Assembly (NCBI GenBank): GCA_027620015.1 | Contig: JAQCGH010000003.1 | Span: 3,230-67,229, forward strand | Source of the DNA: Cyanobacteriota bacterium | GTDB taxonomy: Bacteria > Cyanobacteriota > Cyanobacteriia > PCC-6307 > Cyanobiaceae | DNA length: 64,000 nucleotides | Direction of reading: 5' to 3' | Shown: one piece after another, positions 32,219-43,039 of the stretch | Position numbering within the stretch: position 1 is the first letter of the stretch | Layout: each line of letters opens with the position of its first letter | The notes under the pieces: model-generated | What the model saw: only the letters and a program-made list of their open reading frames with translations | Database searches by the model: none | What the model was told of the DNA's origin: nothing | Translations under genes and position numbers: made by a program

Positions 32219-33568
32219 TTGATATGGCAACAGCGATTGCTGGCGGTCCTGCTAGTGGCAGCTTTGGTTTTGTTGTCTAGCTGCAATCGACTGGCCTCCA
32301 CGCTCAGCAGCAACCCAACCCCAGTGCCTCTTCCAGTCCAGGGGCCCAGTGGCCGCTTGCAGGAAGTCGCGCCACCTGCTGCCGTACAACAAGTTCAGGC
32401 CGCCCTGGCCGAACGCCAGCCCCTGGTATCGATCCAGATCCCGCGTGATGGCAGTGACCTGCCCGGTGGTCCGATCAAGTTGCAAGTGGAGGTTCGTGAT
32501 TGGCCCTTAGTTGATGCGGGAGTACTCGGGCTTGGTCCTCACCTGGTGGTGCAAGTTGACGACCTACCCCCCCAACGCCTTACCGCTTCAAGCTCTGAGC
32601 AATTCCCAACACGCCTAGACGCCGAACTACCACCCCTGGGCCCAGGCAGCCACCGCCTCACCGCCTATGCAGCCAAACCCTGGGGAGAAGTGGTGAAAAG
32701 TCCCGGCTCCTGGGACCAAGTGCGCGTAAACCGGGTGGCCGCCAATCCCCTTGCCACTCCCCAGCTCGGCACACCCCAGTTGATCGGCGTAAGCACAGCA
32801 GATTTGGCCGGACGAGAACCGGTACTGCTCGACTGGCTGTTAATAGACGCTCCCCTCCAAGGCCTGCGAGACAACGACGGCAGCTGGCGCCTGCGGGTAA
32901 CGGTCAACGGGGACAGTTTTTTGGTGGATCAAAACTCGCCCCTGTGGCTTAAGGGCTGGCACAGCGGCAGCAACAGCGTGCTGATGGAGCTGGTTAATGG
33001 CCGCGGCGCCCCCCTCAACCCCCCCTTTAACACCCTGGTGAGCGAGGTGACGATTAGTAGTTCCTTGCCCACGCCGAGTTGGCAGCGGGGGCTCCTGGCG
33101 GCTAGCGAGTTGGCCCAGCTGCTGGGAGAGGAGCCGGCAACGCAGGCGGCCCCAGAACCAGAATCTGAGCAACCAGTTGCAGCGATAGAAATCAATCCGC
33201 CGCCTGACAGCAAACCCCAAACCGAGGCGGCACCATTGCGCGCAACTGAGCCCCAAGCCCCAACCGAGCAGGAGTCTTCGCCTGAACCTGAATTAATTGC
33301 CGATGCCGAACCACTCCCTGTAGCAGAGCCACTCCCTGAAGCAGAGCCACTGCCTGAGCTGGAGCCTGCTGTTGAACCTGCGCAGAAAGAAGCCCCACAA
33401 GCAGAGTCCATACCTTTAGTCCCCCCACAAGCGGCCTCCTCAGATCGGCTAAGCGCCTCCACCAACCTGGGGGGATCGGCCCGCAGCCAGCTGAATCCAG
33501 ATGGTTCCCTGCTCAAGCCCAAGGCGCAGGGCCCACTTTCCGGATTGCGTCAAAAGCTAGGACCGTGA
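32219..33568 (+). CDS. Conserved hypothetical, probable lipoprotein with Pro/Glu-rich tail
   Basis: Hydrophobic stretch ending in lipobox LSSC (Cys codon 32282). Start uncertain: TTG 32219, GTG 32174, or 32057 in the ORF track. Confidence 0.7.
   Translation: MIWQQRLLAVLLVAALVLLSSCNRLASTLSSNPTPVPLPVQGPSGRLQEVAPPAAVQQVQAALAERQPLVSIQIPRDGSDLPGGPIKLQVEVRDWPLVDAGVLGLGPHLVVQVDDLPPQRLTASSSEQFPTRLDAELPPLGPGSHRLTAYAAKPWGEVVKSPGSWDQVRVNRVAANPLATPQLGTPQLIGVSTADLAGREPVLLDWLLIDAPLQGLRDNDGSWRLRVTVNGDSFLVDQNSPLWLKGWHSGSNSVLMELVNGRGAPLNPPFNTLVSEVTISSSLPTPSWQRGLLAASELAQLLGEEPATQAAPEPESEQPVAAIEINPPPDSKPQTEAAPLRATEPQAPTEQESSPEPELIADAEPLPVAEPLPEAEPLPELEPAVEPAQKEAPQAESIPLVPPQAASSDRLSASTNLGGSARSQLNPDGSLLKPKAQGPLSGLRQKLGP
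33305..33358 (+). repeat. Three 18-bp coding tandem repeats (AEPLPV/AEPLPE/AEPLPE)
   Basis: gccgaaccactccctgta, gcagagccactccctgaa, gcagagccactgcctgag. Confidence 0.85.
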
Positions 33569-35400
33569 CTTCAGTAAACAACTTCCCCGAGCAGGAGGGG
33601 CAGCAAGCCATCCGCTGGGGCCTGGGCTTCAGCCCTGCCAGCACCAATGTGCTGGAACAGCTCCTTCAGGCCGGCCTGATTGACTTCAAGGTGGGGATTG
33701 ACAACCAGCTCGCCGCAAGGGACTGCTTGGTTGAAAAGTGGTCAACCGCCAGCGGTTTTGTGATCGTTGGCGCCTGTGGCCTAGTGACCAGGCTGATTGC
33801 GCCTCTGCTCGTAAATAAACAGCACGATCCTGCAGTGGTGGTAGTGGATCCCCAGGGTCGGTTCGCCATTCCCTTGTTAGGGGGGCATGCGGCCGGGGCA
33901 GAGCGACTCAGCTACCAGATAGCCGCCTGCTTAGGCGGCCAGGCTGTGCTCACAGGGGCAACGGCCACAGCAGGCTTACTCAGCCTCGACAGCTTCGGCA
34001 AAGAATGGGGTTGGCAGCGGGGGCAGGGCGATTGGAGTGCCCTGATGCATAAGGCCGCCCGCCAGGATCAACCGGTGCGGCTGGTCGCGCACTACGGCAG
34101 CCGCCGCTGGCTGGAGCTCGAAGCCACCACATGCCTACTTGATCACGCAGGGACCATTGGCAGTGGCTCTGGCGAGAACCCAGACGCAGATCTAGTCGTA
34201 GACATCCACACAGGCCCAGGCTGCCGCTGGCATCCGCCAAGTTTGTGGCTTGGTATTGGCTGTGAACGCAACACCAGCCTGAGCCTGCTGGAGCGCTTGC
34301 TAGGAAAGACTCTCGACGACCAGCAGCTGGCTCCCGAATCCGTAGCTGGTTTAGCGAGCATCGACCTCAAGGCCGATGAGCCTGCCCTACTTGCTCTAGC
34401 GGCCAAAAGAGGCTGGCCAGTGCGCTGGTTTGGGGCCAAATCATTAGCGGCAGTGCCAGTGCCCACCCCCTCGGCGGCCGTAGCCCAGGAGGTGGGCACA
34501 GCCAGCGTGGCCGAGGCCGCAGCCCTGCTAGCAGCTGGCCCCGCCGCCCAATTGCTGCAAGCCAAGCAAATCGAGCATGCCAAGCCAGGCGAGCTCGGGG
34601 CAGCCACCCTCGCTGTGGCTTTAGCCGAGAGTCAATGGGCTCCTGAGCGGGGCCAGCTGCACCTGGTGGGCAGTGGCCCGGGCAGCCTGGAGCTGCTCAC
34701 TGCGGATGCGCGCCGCGCCCTAACTGAAGCCACGGTGTGGGTGGGCTACGGCCTCTACCTCGACCTACTGGAGCCGCTGCGGCGACCTGATCAGCTGCGC
34801 TGGAACGGCCAACTCACCGAGGAGCGGGCTCGCTGCGCTCTAGCCCTGCAGCTAGCGAGCCAGGGGCTGAATGTGGCGCTTGTGTCTTCCGGCGACAGCG
34901 GCATCTACGCCATGGCTGGCCTGGCCCTGGAGCTTTGGCTAGCCAGCCATGTCGATGGCAGGCCCAGCTTCAGCGTGCATCCGGGCATCTCGGCCCTGCA
35001 ACTCGCAGCGGCCAGGGCCGGCGCTCCACTGATGCACGATTTCTGCACAATCAGCCTCAGCGACAGGCTCACCCCTTGGGCCGTGATCGAGCGTCGACTG
35101 CAGGCGGCGGCCACCGGCGACTTTGTAATAGCCCTCTACAACCCCCGCTCCCTGGGGCGCGACTGGCAGCTAGCCCGAGCTCGAGAGCTGTTGCTTGAGG
35201 GTCGGCCAGCTTCAACACCAGTGGCCCTGGCACGCCAACTGGGGAGACCCGATGAGTCCTTCAGCCTGCACAGCCTGGGCGAATTACCAGTGGAGCAAGT
35301 GGACATGCTCACCGTTCTGCTTATTGGGAATTGCAGCAGCTATGTCAAAGACGGACGAATGGTTACCCCTAGGGGTTATCCAGGAGCCGAGCTCAGTTGA
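33565..35400 (+). CDS. cobJ: CbiG-CobJ/CbiH fusion (precorrin-3B C17-methyltransferase)
   Basis: N-terminal CbiG (DPAVVVVD...[13 protein letters not shown]) and C-terminal methylase ([30 protein letters not shown]). Confidence 0.93.
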   Translation: MTSVNNFPEQEGQQAIRWGLGFSPASTNVLEQLLQAGLIDFKVGIDNQLAARDCLVEKWSTASGFVIVGACGLVTRLIAPLLVNKQHDPAVVVVDPQGRFAIPLLGGHAAGAERLSYQIAACLGGQAVLTGATATAGLLSLDSFGKEWGWQRGQGDWSALMHKAARQDQPVRLVAHYGSRRWLELEATTCLLDHAGTIGSGSGENPDADLVVDIHTGPGCRWHPPSLWLGIGCERNTSLSLLERLLGKTLDDQQLAPESVAGLASIDLKADEPALLALAAKRGWPVRWFGAKSLAAVPVPTPSAAVAQEVGTASVAEAAALLAAGPAAQLLQAKQIEHAKPGELGAATLAVALAESQWAPERGQLHLVGSGPGSLELLTADARRALTEATVWVGYGLYLDLLEPLRRPDQLRWNGQLTEERARCALALQLASQGLNVALVSSGDSGIYAMAGLALELWLASHVDGRPSFSVHPGISALQLAAARAGAPLMHDFCTISLSDRLTPWAVIERRLQAAATGDFVIALYNPRSLGRDWQLARARELLLEGRPASTPVALARQLGRPDESFSLHSLGELPVEQVDMLTVLLIGNCSSYVKDGRMVTPRGYPGAELS

Positions 35401-35404
35401 AAAA

Positions 35405-35478
35405 TCGGGATGACAGGATTCGAACCTGCGGCCCCTTCGTCCCGAACGAAGTGCGCTACCAAGCTGCGCCACATCCCG
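35405..35478 (-). tRNA. tRNA-Pro (anticodon CGG)
   Basis: CGGGATG acceptor stem, CTTCG-TTCGGGA-CGAAG anticodon arm, GGTTCGAATCC. Confidence 0.97.
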
Positions 35479-35537
35479 ATAAAACAAGTTTAGGTGATCA
35501 ACTCGGCTGAAGCACTTGACTTGCCGGTGGCTTCCTA

Positions 35538-36455
35538 ATGTTGGAACAAGCCCTCCTCCTGGCCCCCCGTGGCCCTAAAGGCGCCTTGCTTAAACCCGAC
35601 TGGCTGCGAGTAAAGGCCCCCCAGCGGGAGCGCATCGGTGAAGTGGCCGATTTACTAGTCGATCTAAAGCTCAACACCGTCTGCCAGGAGGCCAGCTGCC
35701 CCAACATCGGCGAGTGCTTCGCTGGCGGCACGGCCACCTTCTTAATCATGGGGCCGGGCTGCACCCGCGCTTGCCCCTACTGCGACATTGATTTCGACAA
35801 GAGCGTGCGGGAGCTAGATCCCAGCGAGCCGGAGCGGCTGGGGGAAGCGGTGGCCAGGCTGGGCCTGAGCCACGTGGTGATCACCTCGGTGAACCGCGAC
35901 GACCTGAGCGATGGTGGCGCCAGCCAATTTGTGGCCTGCATTACCCAAGTGCGCCAGCGCTCGCCGCTAACCACAATCGAGCTGCTGATCCCTGATTTCT
36001 GCGGCAACTGGGACGCCCTGGCCGCCGTGATGGCGGGCGCACCGGAGGTGCTCAATCACAACATCGAAACAGTGCCAAGGCTCTACAAACAAACCCGACC
36101 CCAGGGGATCTACAAGCGCTCGCTGGAGCTGCTGCAGCGGGTGCGCGAGGGCTGGCCGCGCACGTACACCAAATCCGGCCTGATGACTGGTTTGGGCGAA
36201 AGTGACGCCGAGGTGCTCGAGGTGATGGCCGATCTACATCGCCACCAGGTGGACATCGTGACCATCGGCCAGTACCTCTCTCCAGGCCCCAAGCACCTAC
36301 CGGTGGATCGTTTCGTGAACCCGGAGCAATTTGCGGTGTTCAAGCAACACGGAGAGCAGGAGCTGGGCTTCCTTCAGGTGGTGAGCAGCCCCCTCACCCG
36401 CAGCAGTTATCACGCCGGCGAGGTGCATCGGCTAATGCGGGAGCATCCCCGCTAA
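35538..36455 (+). CDS. lipA: Lipoyl synthase
   Basis: [12 protein letters not shown] auxiliary-cluster motif, CTRACPYC radical SAM motif, RSSY. Confidence 0.97.
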   Translation: MLEQALLLAPRGPKGALLKPDWLRVKAPQRERIGEVADLLVDLKLNTVCQEASCPNIGECFAGGTATFLIMGPGCTRACPYCDIDFDKSVRELDPSEPERLGEAVARLGLSHVVITSVNRDDLSDGGASQFVACITQVRQRSPLTTIELLIPDFCGNWDALAAVMAGAPEVLNHNIETVPRLYKQTRPQGIYKRSLELLQRVREGWPRTYTKSGLMTGLGESDAEVLEVMADLHRHQVDIVTIGQYLSPGPKHLPVDRFVNPEQFAVFKQHGEQELGFLQVVSSPLTRSSYHAGEVHRLMREHPR

Positions 36456-36474
36456 ACCGTTCCGCAGGAGCGAA

Positions 36475-39400
36475 TTAAGCCGCCACCGCCTCCCGCTCAG
36501 CCAAGCCCACGCTGGCCTTTTCGCTGGGGGGCACCAGCAGCTTGAAGCGCCCCTTCCAGCCGGGCCAATCCGCAAGGATTAAAGCCGCCTTAGCGCTGCC
36601 GGTAGCGTCAAGATGAGCCTGCAACAGCGGCTTGAGCATGGCATCCTGCTCCGGTGTAGTGAGCTCGCAGATGGCCACGATCTCATGGTTAACCCGCTCC
36701 GCTAACCCGCCGCTCTCATCAAGGATGAAAGCCACGCCGCCGGTCATGCCGGCAGCCACATTGCGACCGGTGCTGCCCAGAACTACCACCACCCCACCGG
36801 TCATGTACTCGCAGCAGTGATCGCCGGCGCCCTCCACCACGGTTTTCGCTCCGCTGTTGCGCACGCCAAAGCGCTCACCGGCGCGGCCTAGGGCGAACAG
36901 CTCTCCCCCTGTGGCGCCATAAAGGCAGGTGTTACCCAGGATCACCTGACTGCCAGGGTCGTTGACGCCGGCGGGGGGGGCGACGGTGAGGCGTCCGCCA
37001 TTGAGGCCTTTACCCACATAGTCGTTGGCTTCACCCACCAGGCGCACGTTCATGCCCTGAAGCACGAAGGCTCCGAAGCTCTGACCAGCTGCCCCTAGAT
37101 AGGTGAGATCCAGCTGGCCCTGGAAGCCGGAGTTGCCATGGCGCGCCGCGATTTCACCGGAGATGCGAGCTCCGACACTGCGGTCTGTGTTGACGATCTC
37201 CATGGTGCGAGCCAAGTGGCCATGACCGGAAATAGCTGCCATGACTTCGGCATCAGCAAGCAGCTGATCTTCGAGGATCGGGCCATTGCCATGGGCGTGG
37301 GCGTCGTGCTGAAGCCAGCTGCGATCGACAGCGGCGGGGATCGGGTCAATCAGGCAGGAGAGATCAAGAGCGCTGGTTTTGGCTAGAGCCACTGCACGGG
37401 GCTGCAGGAATTCACTGCGGCCGATCAAGTCTTCGAGGCGAGCAACGCCAAGCACGCTCAGCAGCTGGCGCACCTCCTCGGCCACGAAAAAGAAAAAATT
37501 CACCACGTGCTCGGGCACGCCAGGGAAGCGCTTGCGCAGGTTTTCTTTCTGAGTAGCCACGCCCACCGGGCAATTATTGGTGTGGCAAACGCGAGCCATG
37601 ATGCAGCCTTCAGCGATCATTGCCACCGAGCCGAAGCCGTATTCCTCGGCGCCCAGCAAGGCGGCGATGATGACGTCCCAACCGGTTTTGAGGCCACCAT
37701 CAGCCCGTAGCAGCACCCGATCACGCAGACCGTTCTCGAGCAGCGCCCGATGCACCTCAGTGAGGCCTAGCTCCCAGGGGCTGCCAGCATGTTTAATTGA
37801 GCTGAGTGGTGAAGCGCCCGTGCCGCCATCGTGGCCAGAAATCTGAATCACATCAGCATTGGCCTTTGCCACGCCAGCAGCGATCGTGCCGATGCCGATT
37901 TCCGCCACCAGTTTCACGCTCACATTGGCGGCTGGGTGCACCTGGTGAAGATCGTGAATTAGTTGGGCCAGATCCTCGATTGAATAGATGTCGTGATGGG
38001 GAGGCGGCGAGATCAAAGCCACCCCTGCCTTGCTGTTGCGCAGCCAGGCGATGTAGGAATCAACCTTCGGTCCTGGCAGCTGTCCACCCTCACCCGGCTT
38101 AGCCCCCTGGGCCACCTTGATCTCCAGCTGGCGGCCGCTACGTAGATATTCGGGGGTCACGCCGAAGCGCCCTGAGGCGATCTGCTTGATGGCGGAGCAG
38201 GCGGTATCACCGTTGCGCAGGCCATTGAGGCTGGGCAAAGTCAGCGAATGACCGTCGCTGTCCACATCACTGAGCAGTCCGAAGCGGGCCGGATCCTCAC
38301 CGCCCTCTCCACTATTGCTCTTGCCTCCGATGCGGTTCATGGCAATGGCTAATACCTCGTGGGCCTCGCGCGAGAGGGCCCCCAAGCTCATACCACCGGT
38401 GCAAAAGCGGCTACAGATGCTCTCCACGCTCTCCACCTTCTCGATCGGAAGCGGGGCGACTGAGGGCTTGAGTTCCAGCAGGTCCCGCAGGGCCGTGACT
38501 GGCCGATGCTCCAGCAGGGTTTTGTAGGTGGAGAAGTGGTCGTAGCCAGGGCCAGCCTTCACGGCCGCATGAAGAGCTTTGGCCATCTCCGGGCTATTGA
38601 GGTGATACTCGCCGCCAGTGCGGAATTGCACGAAGCCCATGAACTCGAGCTTGGTGCGATTGAGCTCGGGGAAGGCCTTGGCATGGAAACTGAGGGTTTC
38701 GTTTGCCAGCTCGCCCAGGCTGAGGCCTGCAACCCGGCTGGTGGTGCCACTGAATGCCAGCTGGATCAGATCGGCACCAAGGCCAATGGCTTCGAAGATC
38801 TGAGCGCCGTGGTAACTAGCCAGCAGTGAAATGCCGATCTTGGAGAGAATCTTGCGCAGGCCGTCTTCTAAGGCCTTTCGTACATTTGCCTGCACCTGGT
38901 CGGGGCTGAGCGCTGGTAGCTTGCCGGTTTCGATCAGCTTCTGCACACGGGGGTGGGCTAGCCAATGGCGGCTGGTTTCCCAGGTGAGCCAAGGGCAAAC
39001 GGCACTGGCGCCATAACCGATCAGGCAGGCCAAATGGTGAGTGCTCCAGCACTGGGCCGTTTCCACTACCAGGGAAGCCTGCAACCGCAGCCCTAGGTTG
39101 AGCAGGTGATGATGCACCGCGCCAACAGCTAGCAGCGGTGGAATGGTGGCCGTGGTGGCATTGATCCCACCAGCTTCGCCGCCCCGGTCGCTCAGCACCA
39201 GGATCTGGCTACCAGCGCGCACGGCAGCCTCGGCTTCGCAGCGCAGCCGCTGCACCGCAACCTCGAGACATCCAGGACCGTCAGTGACAGCCATCAGAGT
39301 GGAAAGGGTGGTGGTGGGCAGGCCCTGCCGGCCAACCTCTGCAAGCTCCGCCTCATTGAGAATCGGGCTAGCTAGATGCAGCACCGCCGCCGAGACAGCC

Positions 39401-41073
39401 TCTGGGCGCAGCGGCGAACCCCGCTTGCCCAGATGCATCTCCAGGCTCATCACCAGCTTTTCCCGCAGGGGATCTATCGGCGGGTTGGTGACCTGGGCAA
39501 AGCGCTGCTTGAAGTAGTCGTAAAGGAGGTGGGGCTTTTCTGAGAGCACCGCTAGGGGGATGTCATCGCCCATGCAGTAAGTGGGCTCCTTGGCCGCCCC
39601 GGCCATGTCCTCGATCACCAGCTCGAAGTCCTCAGCGGTGAAGCCAAAGGCTGTTTGCTGTTGCAGCAACTCAAAATCCCCCAGCTGACGCTCCTGAGAC
39701 CAGGGCTGGGGGACGAGGTTGCGGCGATGCTGCGCTAACCAGTCGCCGTAGGGATGGCGGGCAGCCACCTCGGCCTTCACCTCCCAATTCCGCAACAGGC
39801 GGCCCTGCTCCAGATCCACTGCCAGCATTTGGCCAGGGCCGAGGCGACCCTTTTCGATGATGCGACTCTCCTCAAGCTCTACTACCCCGGTTTCTGAGCC
39901 CATCACCACGAAACCGTCGCTGGTTATGCAGTAGCGGGCAGGGCGCAGACCGTTGCGATCGAGGGTGGCTCCCACGCAGCGGCCATCAGCGAACACGAGC
40001 AGGGCGGGGCCATCCCAGGGTTCCTGGGTACAAGCCGAATACTCATAAAAAGACTGGATATTGGGCTTATCTGTTAGTTCGGGCTGGTCGCGGAAAGCTT
40101 CTGGCACCAAGGTAAGCAGGCTCTCGGTGATCGGTCGGCCGCTGCGCACAAGTAGCTCAAGGGTGGCATCAAGGTTGGCTGAATCGCTGAAGGCAGGGTT
40201 CACCACTGGCTTCAGTTCTGCAGATGCATCCCCCCAGACCGAATCAAGATTGGCTTCAGACGCCCTTGCCCAGTTGAGGTTGCCTAGCAGCGTGTTGATC
40301 TCTCCGTTGTGACCAAGCAGCCGCATGGGCTGGGCCAAAGGCCAGCGGGGCAGGGTATTTGTGCTGAAACGGCGGTGGTACACCGCAAAGCTCACTGCAA
40401 AGCGCGCATCGCGCAGATCGCCATAAAAAGCGGAAAGCACCGCTGAGCGCACCATGCCCTTATAGACAACAGTTCTGCTACTCAGGGAGGCGAAATAAAG
40501 CTCACCAGGCCCTGGCCCCCAAACGGCACGTGCTCGATCGCCGCAGCGTCGTCGCAACCTAAATAGCAGGGCTTCAAGGTCATCTCCGGCTTGGTCTGAG
40601 GAAATTAGCCACTGCTCAATGGCCGGAGCGGTTTGGAGGGCCAGGGGGCCGAGAACGGATAAATCAAGAGGGACTGAGCGCCAACCCAAGCTGCTCAGCC
40701 CCAGCTTGGCGGCCTCATCATCACAAAAAAATTTGGTCTGCTCGCGCTTTGCTGCATCAGTTGGCAGGAAAACCATGCCCAGCCCGCGAGCCTCTCCCTT
40801 AGCTAGCTCCGCCTCAGGCCATACCTCTTCCAAATAATTCCATGGGATGCCGCACAGCACCCCGGCCCCATCGCCGGAATCACCATCGCCACCGCAACCA
40901 CCGCGGTGCTCCATGCAGTTGAGACCGCGTAAGGCCTGCTGCAATACCCAATGGCTAGCTTCGCCCTGAAGATTGGCCAGAAAGCCCACACCACAAGCGT
41001 CCTTTTCGCCAGCTACTGCCGCTGGAGCAGGGCTGTCGCAATGGGGCCAAACAGGACGAGAGAAATGAGGCAT
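36475..41073 (-). CDS. gltB: Ferredoxin-dependent glutamate synthase (GOGAT)
   Basis: N-terminal CGVGF glutaminase cysteine, HRRFSTNT, GMSLGALS, KSNSGEGG, CHTNNCPVG 3Fe-4S motif; ATG at 41073. Confidence 0.97.
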   Translation of the reverse strand: MPHFSRPVWPHCDSPAPAAVAGEKDACGVGFLANLQGEASHWVLQQALRGLNCMEHRGGCGGDGDSGDGAGVLCGIPWNYLEEVWPEAELAKGEARGLGMVFLPTDAAKREQTKFFCDDEAAKLGLSSLGWRSVPLDLSVLGPLALQTAPAIEQWLISSDQAGDDLEALLFRLRRRCGDRARAVWGPGPGELYFASLSSRTVVYKGMVRSAVLSAFYGDLRDARFAVSFAVYHRRFSTNTLPRWPLAQPMRLLGHNGEINTLLGNLNWARASEANLDSVWGDASAELKPVVNPAFSDSANLDATLELLVRSGRPITESLLTLVPEAFRDQPELTDKPNIQSFYEYSACTQEPWDGPALLVFADGRCVGATLDRNGLRPARYCITSDGFVVMGSETGVVELEESRIIEKGRLGPGQMLAVDLEQGRLLRNWEVKAEVAARHPYGDWLAQHRRNLVPQPWSQERQLGDFELLQQQTAFGFTAEDFELVIEDMAGAAKEPTYCMGDDIPLAVLSEKPHLLYDYFKQRFAQVTNPPIDPLREKLVMSLEMHLGKRGSPLRPEAVSAAVLHLASPILNEAELAEVGRQGLPTTTLSTLMAVTDGPGCLEVAVQRLRCEAEAAVRAGSQILVLSDRGGEAGGINATTATIPPLLAVGAVHHHLLNLGLRLQASLVVETAQCWSTHHLACLIGYGASAVCPWLTWETSRHWLAHPRVQKLIETGKLPALSPDQVQANVRKALEDGLRKILSKIGISLLASYHGAQIFEAIGLGADLIQLAFSGTTSRVAGLSLGELANETLSFHAKAFPELNRTKLEFMGFVQFRTGGEYHLNSPEMAKALHAAVKAGPGYDHFSTYKTLLEHRPVTALRDLLELKPSVAPLPIEKVESVESICSRFCTGGMSLGALSREAHEVLAIAMNRIGGKSNSGEGGEDPARFGLLSDVDSDGHSLTLPSLNGLRNGDTACSAIKQIASGRFGVTPEYLRSGRQLEIKVAQGAKPGEGGQLPGPKVDSYIAWLRNSKAGVALISPPPHHDIYSIEDLAQLIHDLHQVHPAANVSVKLVAEIGIGTIAAGVAKANADVIQISGHDGGTGASPLSSIKHAGSPWELGLTEVHRALLENGLRDRVLLRADGGLKTGWDVIIAALLGAEEYGFGSVAMIAEGCIMARVCHTNNCPVGVATQKENLRKRFPGVPEHVVNFFFFVAEEVRQLLSVLGVARLEDLIGRSEFLQPRAVALAKTSALDLSCLIDPIPAAVDRSWLQHDAHAHGNGPILEDQLLADAEVMAAISGHGHLARTMEIVNTDRSVGARISGEIAARHGNSGFQGQLDLTYLGAAGQSFGAFVLQGMNVRLVGEANDYVGKGLNGGRLTVAPPAGVNDPGSQVILGNTCLYGATGGELFALGRAGERFGVRNSGAKTVVEGAGDHCCEYMTGGVVVVLGSTGRNVAAGMTGGVAFILDESGGLAERVNHEIVAICELTTPEQDAMLKPLLQAHLDATGSAKAALILADWPGWKGRFKLLVPPSEKASVGLAEREAVAA

Positions 41074-41235
41074 AACCCGAGACGGTCCGGCAGATGATCT
41101 GTCAGGGCAGCGCCGCTGAACACCCACAGGTGCAAATGGCGTTAGAGCAGATGATCCTAGGGATGCACACTCCCAAACCAGAGCTCCTTAATCCTTCAGG
41201 AGGGCTAGTTTTATAGCTGTCAGGCAGGCTGACTC

Positions 41236-42996
41236 ATGGCCTCTACTGCAATCCTGCCTGCCTGGTTGCTGGTTCTGTGCCTGCCGGGAGTTGGCTGGGC
41301 CATACCGATTACCCCACCACCACCACTTACCCCGCCACCACCACCACCGCTTGTTCCAATCGGTGCCGCCGCCTCAACTGAGCGCCAAGGCAGCAGTATC
41401 AGCATTAATGGTCGGCGCCAGAGCGCCCACTGGCTGTGGGTCAGGAGCTTGGGCGACACCCCACAACAGCTGTGGATCCCCCTAGAGGTGCTCGAGAACC
41501 AGCTCGGAGTAAATAGCCGCAGCCGCAGCGATGGCGCCCTGGAACTGGAGTGGTTTGGACAGGAACTCAAAGTGCCCGCCAGCGCCCAACGCAGCCTTGA
41601 AGACGAGGTAGCGGTAGACGTGAGCAGCCTGTTTGGCCGCATTGGCGTCGGCCTAATAAAAGAGGGCAGCTTGCTCAGCCTGGAGCTGGCCCGGCCCCAG
41701 CTGCTCCAGGTACGCAGCTCAAATCCTGGCCCCGTGAAGCGCGTCGTGCTCGATCTCGGCGGCCCGGCGGCCATTGGGAAAAACAACGGAGAATTGGTGG
41801 TCGACCTGCTCAGCCGCAGCGACCAACAGACCCTGCTGGGGAGCCTGGGCCTCCAAGCCCAGCAGGACAGCGCAGGGCTGAAGCTCAAACCGTCTGCGGC
41901 CAAATTGACGCGGGTATTCAGCCTGGGCGATCCCAACCGGGTGGTGATCGAGTGGCCGGATCAGGGGGGCGCTAGCGACACCGACAGCCCAGCACCGATC
42001 GATCCACGCCTAAACGCCCTGCTTGGCAAAGAACTTCAATGGGATCGCCTGGTGCGCCAAGGGGTGCGCATCAATGCAATCCGCATTGATCCACTTAACG
42101 CCTCATTGCAGCTGCGACCCCTAACCAGGCCTGGAGCCATGGAGGGCCTCAGCTCCCTGTTGCAGCTCGCTAACCAGCAACAGGCCTGGGTAGCGATAAA
42201 TGGAGGTTATTTCAATCGTGTACGGCGCCTGCCCTTGGGGGCTCTAAAACAGGACGGCCGCTGGCTTTCCGGGCCAATTTTGAATCGGGGCGTCGCTGCC
42301 TGGGATGAGCGAACAATGCCTCGCTTTGGCCGGCTAAAGCTTTCTGAATGGGTTGTCGGCCCCAGAGCTTTTCGTTTACCGCTCGCTGCTGTCAACAGTG
42401 GCTATGTGCAGAGAGGAATCAGCCGCTACACCGCCGACTGGGGACCCAACTACAAAGCCCTGAGTGGCTCTGAGACTGGCTTATTAATCCAAGGGGGCCT
42501 AGTGCGTCAGAAGCTTGGCCCCTCCGAACTGGATGCGGGCGTCCCCCTACGTGGCGATGACCTGCTGCTGGTGGGAAGGGGCGGAGCTGAACTTCCTTGG
42601 GGTCTAGGCGAGCGACTCGAGATCGAAAGCCGCCCCAACAGCAACCTCGGCCTTGCAACACACGTGATCGGCGGGGGGCCATTGCTGTTGCAGGCTGGCC
42701 GCATCGTGCTCAATGGCGCCGCCGAAAACTTCAGTTCCGCCTTCCTCAGCCAAGGAGCACCCCGCACTGTGCTGGCCAGAGACGAACGCCAGATTTGGCT
42801 GATCACGCTTGAGGGGATCCAGGAAAGCGGTCCCACCCTGGGTGAAACCGCCGAGCTTCTGCGACAGCTAGGCCTGCAAGACGCCTTGAATCTCGATGGC
42901 GGCAGCTCAACCGGGCTGGTGCTGGGGGGATCCCTGCAGGTCAAAGGCCGGGGAGTGGCCGGATCCATTCATAACGGTGTCGGCCTGATGCGGTAA
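41236..42996 (+). CDS. Exported phosphodiester glycosidase-family (NAGPA-like) protein
   Basis: Signal peptide and poly-Pro linker; INGGYF, GGGPLL, PRT and LNLDGGSST motifs. Confidence 0.85.
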   Translation: MASTAILPAWLLVLCLPGVGWAIPITPPPPLTPPPPPPLVPIGAAASTERQGSSISINGRRQSAHWLWVRSLGDTPQQLWIPLEVLENQLGVNSRSRSDGALELEWFGQELKVPASAQRSLEDEVAVDVSSLFGRIGVGLIKEGSLLSLELARPQLLQVRSSNPGPVKRVVLDLGGPAAIGKNNGELVVDLLSRSDQQTLLGSLGLQAQQDSAGLKLKPSAAKLTRVFSLGDPNRVVIEWPDQGGASDTDSPAPIDPRLNALLGKELQWDRLVRQGVRINAIRIDPLNASLQLRPLTRPGAMEGLSSLLQLANQQQAWVAINGGYFNRVRRLPLGALKQDGRWLSGPILNRGVAAWDERTMPRFGRLKLSEWVVGPRAFRLPLAAVNSGYVQRGISRYTADWGPNYKALSGSETGLLIQGGLVRQKLGPSELDAGVPLRGDDLLLVGRGGAELPWGLGERLEIESRPNSNLGLATHVIGGGPLLLQAGRIVLNGAAENFSSAFLSQGAPRTVLARDERQIWLITLEGIQESGPTLGETAELLRQLGLQDALNLDGGSSTGLVLGGSLQVKGRGVAGSIHNGVGLMR

Positions 42997-43039
42997 GCAG
43001 GCTGCCAAAATGACTAGACAACTACAGCACAGCATCCTC

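Noticed and set aside
977-35478. tRNA-Gln, tRNA-Ser and tRNA-Pro as integration sites
   Set aside because: No duplicated tRNA 3' ends, integrases or compositional shifts beside them; the flanks are core genes.
41074-41235. Glutamine riboswitch or NtcA box upstream of gltB
   Set aside because: I found neither the glnA-motif core nor GTA-N8-TAC.
41220-41936. Long antisense or alternative-frame ORFs (also 19528-20184, 32929-33522, 56046-56696, 58903-59583, 59937-60641)
   Set aside because: They fully overlap well-supported genes, have no recognisable motifs, and are expected from high-GC codon bias.
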